A stretch of 64,000 bases of DNA, taken from the NCBI RefSeq assembly GCF_009914755.1, contig NC_060927.1. One strand, written 5' to 3'. Of the stretch, positions 59,401-64,000 are shown piece by piece (position 1 is the stretch's first letter; the number at the start of each line of letters is the position of its first letter). The position numbers were made by a program, and so were the translations under genes. The notes beneath the pieces were generated by a model. It searched no databases. It saw only the letters and a list, made by a program, of their open reading frames with translations, and had not been told where the DNA came from. Source of the stretch: the human T2T-CHM13v2.0 reference genome, Homo sapiens.

Positions 59401-62400
59401 CTTGTATGACATAATACATTTACTTACTGTTTAAAACAGTGTGAGTCAAGGTGTGCTGTGGCTTGCTAGTAAAAGCTACACAATCCCAAAGCCACTGTTT
59501 AAACAGAATACAAATACCCTTGGAGTTGTGGCCTGTGTCAACTTTGTCTTAAAGGCATTTAAAATCAAGACCAAGACAAGTAAAAAAAGAGTCTAGAAAC
59601 ACAATATTATCACACATTGTTTCACACTAGAAGACATTCATGAAATTCAAGCATGTCTGTGTACACCTAGTGTTTTCCAGAGCAACAAAACCCTTGTTCA
59701 AGGAAAGCTCTGAGGTGGATCAGATTCTTCTATTTACCAGAAGCTGAAGCAGCAGTAAGGACAAAAGAACACGCCAAGATTTTCGTAGGAGATGCGAATA
59801 CATATATCTAGTTGGCCATGGAGTGGCAGAAAAGCTGAACAATATTTTCTCTAAGTATTTCACAACACTGAGCCAGACTTTCTCAATTCTCCTCTCATAA
59901 TCCCACCATTTATAGAATCTAACTCAATTTTAAATCATCAAAGGAAATCAACTCTGAACACAAGAGGACTGCATTCAAGCCAAATAATGTAAAATTAGTT
60001 CACACTTGTGAATCTGACATGTTCTGGAATCAGACATGTGTGGGTGGATGGATATGATAAAAAGATTAATTTTAACAATAAGATGCTCAAGGGTGCATGC
60101 ACAAGCACAAGCACACGCATACATACATGCATACTTTCAAAACGTTTCTTTAAAAATCCTACTTAACAAGCATACTCAAATCCTAAGTAAACTGCATTGT
60201 AAGGAGACCTTATTTTCCCCCTCATAGTTGTAAATTCCTTGAATTTGAGTCAAATTTAGGCAGGAATACAAAGGCCTAAAAGCCTGCATTTACTCACTTC
60301 TTTATTTAAGTGGAGGCAAGGGTGTAATACACTTATATATGTAGTTGAACCCAGTCAAATCAGTTCTTAGACTTATTAGAGCATGACACTGTTGACACAA
60401 GGCTAAGTGAAAAGCCTTGACCTTTGCATTTCCGCCATGACCTCAGGGACTAGACCTCGTCATCTCACCCCAACCTTTACAACGTGAATCACACCAGATC
60501 GGGTGGCTGTGTTTTTTGAAGGATCCATTGGCCCAAATGAAAACTATTTACTTTGCCCATAATTGTTAATTCCTATGAGGCTTTTGCTGTGTTATTTAGT
60601 TTTCCAGGGCTTCCAAAGTGAAATCTATTCTACTTCTGTAAAAACAAGATGTTCTCTAAATTCTTTAAAGTTTGCATCAAAATCTGTTAAGCCAAAATGG
60701 TTTTTTTTCCCACAAAATCCTGTCACATTTTGACAGAAATTCAAATCAAAGCAAAAGTTATGTGTAAAAAGGGTGTTAAATATTAAAGGAAAAGAAAGAG
60801 AATGGTTATTTTACTAGATACCAGCTTTAAAAAAAAAAATGACTAGGATGTTATAGTTCCCAGCACTTACATGAAGTTTCTCATGAGAGGCCTCAACAAA
60901 TCTAGTCATTTCAGCCAAATTGATCTATATAGATATCAGACTTTATTTCTCATCTGCCTTTAAGATCAATATAGATACAGAACAGAGTTTTAAAAGGAAG
61001 CTTTCGCCTTTTAATTCCATTCCTGGATGGTCACAAGTAACCTTATGCCCTCAAACTCCATTCCTCGACTGATATCCAGGCTCCAAGATTTGAATTCAAC
61101 CAGCGAAAAGGAAAGGGCTGTATCAGATTACCCCAAGTATTTACTGAGATAAATGGTGAGGATGGAAGCATTTTGGGGGAAGCTGGAGCTATTAAAAACA
61201 GTGGAGAAAAAAGGGCAATTTTCTCCTCTAAATGTGCGCTACCATATTTTATGGAGGTAAACCACCTTCTTTATGTAAAAGATAGTAAATCTGTTGATGC
61301 CATTTGTTAGGATAGCGTTATCTTAACAAAGGGCATGACATTCAGGGTTTAAAGTATTTAAATCTCAGCAATGTGAAACACGGCTTTTAAAAGAACTTTC
61401 AATTGGAAATACCGAGTAAATGGGTTCACACAGCATGAATTTTATTGTAGACCAACCTAATTTTCACATTTTCCTCTCTAAAACAAGTGAGTCATTTGTT
61501 CTCTGTACTCATAATGGAAAGAAAACAAGAGTTTCTTTGTTTGTGTACATTAACTCAATGCTGTAAAAGTCATGCAGCCAAGCTTCACTATACTTTCACC
61601 TTTAAACCTTAACCTGACTTGTAACAATATTTGTAGCCTCTAAAATTACACTGGTTGAACCCAGACGGAGTTAATCACCCTTCACTGTCTCAGTGAAAAG
61701 TATAATGACCTACCATTTAATGGGAGGCCATTAAAACGCTAGAAGGGGCAAGAATTCACATCGTGTGTTTATACATACCTCACAGACATGAATCCATACA
61801 TTCAGCCTACCAGGACAGTTTTCATATGGCACTTGCTTAGAGAACCAGATGGAAACTAATGACTGCTATACACTCGAAGCCAGAAGTGTCTATTCTGCTG
61901 TCTTCTGTAGTGCACCTTATACTTTTAATACTGACAAAAATTAATTCTAACCAATTCCATCTGTAACTGAACAAAGAATAATCCAAATCAAAGTTGGGTA
62001 ACTGATGATATTCTTTTCTTTCCGTAACTACCGTTGCTTCCAACACAAGGCACATTCATCGCCAGGAGCCTTGATTTCTACCTGCAAAGTATGTCCCAAA
62101 TCCTGCCTTCAGGAATGCTACATTGCACAAATCCAAAGGGTGATATCTTATCACTCATGGTGCCTAGGCTTGCTCCACAGGGTGGTTAATGACGCCAGCA
62201 AGCATGATGAACCTGGAACCGAGCAACACAGAGCCCTGCACTGCTTCTATCCACCTCCCTGGCACCATCTCAGACAGAGCCATTATCAAAGCCTTCTAAA
62301 GTGATCTCTTAAATCTCTGCCCCATCTCCACTCTTGCCTCTATAGCCCGTCGATCGGGAGCATGTTGGGTAATCTTTTCCGTTTTTAAAGTAAATCATGT

Positions 62401-62455
62401 GACTCTTCTGCTTAACACCATCTTAATTCACGTTTATGTTCTTTAAAAAATTCTA

Positions 62456-62630
62456 GGTCTGAAGACAACGGCTCAGGCTTGTAATCCCAATGCTTTGGGA
62501 GGCAGAGACCGGAGGATCCATGAGCCCACGAGGTCGAGGCTACAGTGAACTATGATGGTGCCACTATACTCTAGCCAGGGCAACAGAGCGAGACTCTGTC
62601 TCCAAAAAAAAAAAAAGAAAAAAAGAAATT
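62456..62630 (+). mobile_element. FRAM (free right Alu monomer)
   Basis: Single monomer GAGGCTACAGTGAACTATGATGGTGCCACT with an A tail. Confidence 0.75.
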
Positions 62631-63041
62631 AAAAAGTAATAAAAAAAAGTCCTTACTAGGCCCTTCAAGCCCCTAAATTAGAGAATAAAAAGTGTGTACC
62701 TACAGGATCAGGTAGTTAAGTAAGAGCAACACAGGCCAGACATTCAGATGTGGGCATACATGATATAAGTGAAGGGTACTGGCAAACCAGAGAACATGGG
62801 GGCTGCCTAAAGGGGCAGCTCCAATCCAGCTCCAAATGAAAGATTCCATATGGGAGGGAGAATCTGAAGTTATCAGACCATCTAGTTTTTTCAGAGAAGC
62901 TAGAAGTCTGGATTTTTATGAAAAAATTTCAATTTTTATATGTTACCCCAATATTTTTAAAACAATGTGAAATAAATCAAATACCTCCACCAACTGGTAT
63001 ATAAGGCTCTTGGGTGATGACTTCTCAAAACAATCTCCCAA

Positions 63042-63190
63042 GCCAGGCACGGTGGCTCACACCTGTAATCCCAGCACTTTAAGAGGCTGAGACAGAACTG
63101 CTTGAGGCCAGGAGTTCAAGACAACCCTGGCCAACACACTGAAACCCATCTCTATTAAAAAAACAAAAAACAAAAACAAAAAAAAAAAAA
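63042..63190 (+). mobile_element. FLAM / Alu left monomer
   Basis: GCCAGGCACGGTGGCTCACACC...CCCATCTCTATT(A)n; CTCCCA on both flanks. Confidence 0.8.
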
Positions 63191-63516
63191 CTCCCACTTT
63201 ATCTCTATCCTTGGACAATCTACCACTTCTGTTTCTCTAATTTATCAAGCTTTTCCTACCTCCAAACCTTTGTACTTATTTTACCCATGAATTTCTGCAT
63301 TTATTCTATCTAACAGTGGCCTCTCTCTGCAAGTCACTGCAACATCACCCTATTTCCTATTTGATTCTCTTATAGTGTCTCATCCTCATGGAAGATTTGA
63401 CCAGTTCACACTGGTAAATTTAGTCGACAAGGAACGGCTTTACTGATGTATTGATAAAACCCATTTTCAATAAAAATCAATGCAGAACATATTTAAATGA
63501 GTGAACAAGATAGATC

Positions 63517-63569
63517 CACACAAACACACACATGCACACATACACACACACAAACACACACACACACAC
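63517..63569. repeat. Imperfect (CA)n microsatellite
   Basis: Seen directly. Confidence 0.9.
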
Positions 63570-63804
63570 CCCTTTTGAACTTCAGGCTAACAACGCCATT
63601 TGTTAAACATCTAAAATAAATTGCTACAAATATTGTTTGTGTGTACACAGATACATAAGCATGTGTGTATACACATAAGAATACATGTTTATATGTGTAT
63701 GATTTATGTAGAGGTGGATTAATACATAAGTAGATATTAACCTACCTCAATGTTGTTCTGCCAGATGGACTCTTTTTAAGGAGTATCTTCATGTAGATAT
63801 AAGA

Positions 63805-64000
63805 CAGTGTTTCTCAACTTTTGTTCCCCAGAACACCTGGCAATGTCTGGATATTTTTGCTGGTCATAAATGGGGGATGCTATCTACTGGTAGTGAGACA
63901 GGCCCAGGAAGGCTGCTAAACATCCTACAATGCATAGGACAGCCTCTACCACAAAGAACTATCTGATCCAAAATGTGATTAGTGCTGGACTTGACAAACC
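63805..64000. mobile_element. MER20 (hAT-Charlie), running to the window edge
   Basis: CAGTGTTTCTCAAC...GCTGCTAAACATCCTACAATGCATAGGACAGCC. Confidence 0.8.

Noticed and set aside
58050-59470. Possible old L1M 5' and MLT1 fragments, and a 96-aa ORF
   Set aside because: Too degraded to assign by eye; the ORF has no recognisable homology.
62345-62360. CpG-rich quasi-palindrome CCCGTCGATCGGG
   Set aside because: Only 13 bp, imperfect, inside a decayed L2-like region; no supportable function.

Overview
Primate (most likely human) genomic DNA, AT-rich, from inside the ROBO1 gene, which is transcribed on the minus strand. The only host coding sequence is one 327-bp phase 1-1 internal exon (5454-5780, minus) encoding the Slit-binding Ig1 domain. 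The rest is intron with no CpG island or first exon. It carries a near full-length, disabled L1PA4-like LINE-1 (11375-~17520, plus), a 7SL retropseudogene, about 17 Alu/FAM/FLAM/FRAM elements, DNA-transposon fossils (MER1B, MER2, MER3, MER20, Tigger2a, MER81/94-like), LTR fossils (MLT1, MER34/39-like), microsatellites and two minisatellites. I cannot support a wholly new biological system. The best leads are: (1) the L1 antisense-promoter/ORF0 unit points at the ROBO1 exon, and its first splice donor is in frame with it; (2) the exon is stop-free if circularised and is bracketed by inverted 7SL-derived repeats; (3) an inverted AluY pair shares a 101-bp identical tract that suggests gene conversion; (4) a templated-insertion scar inside an Alu; (5) a candidate recursive-splicing site; (6) a VNTR that arose inside an L1 3' end. 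Repeat family names come from visual recognition of consensus sequences, and their boundaries are approximate.
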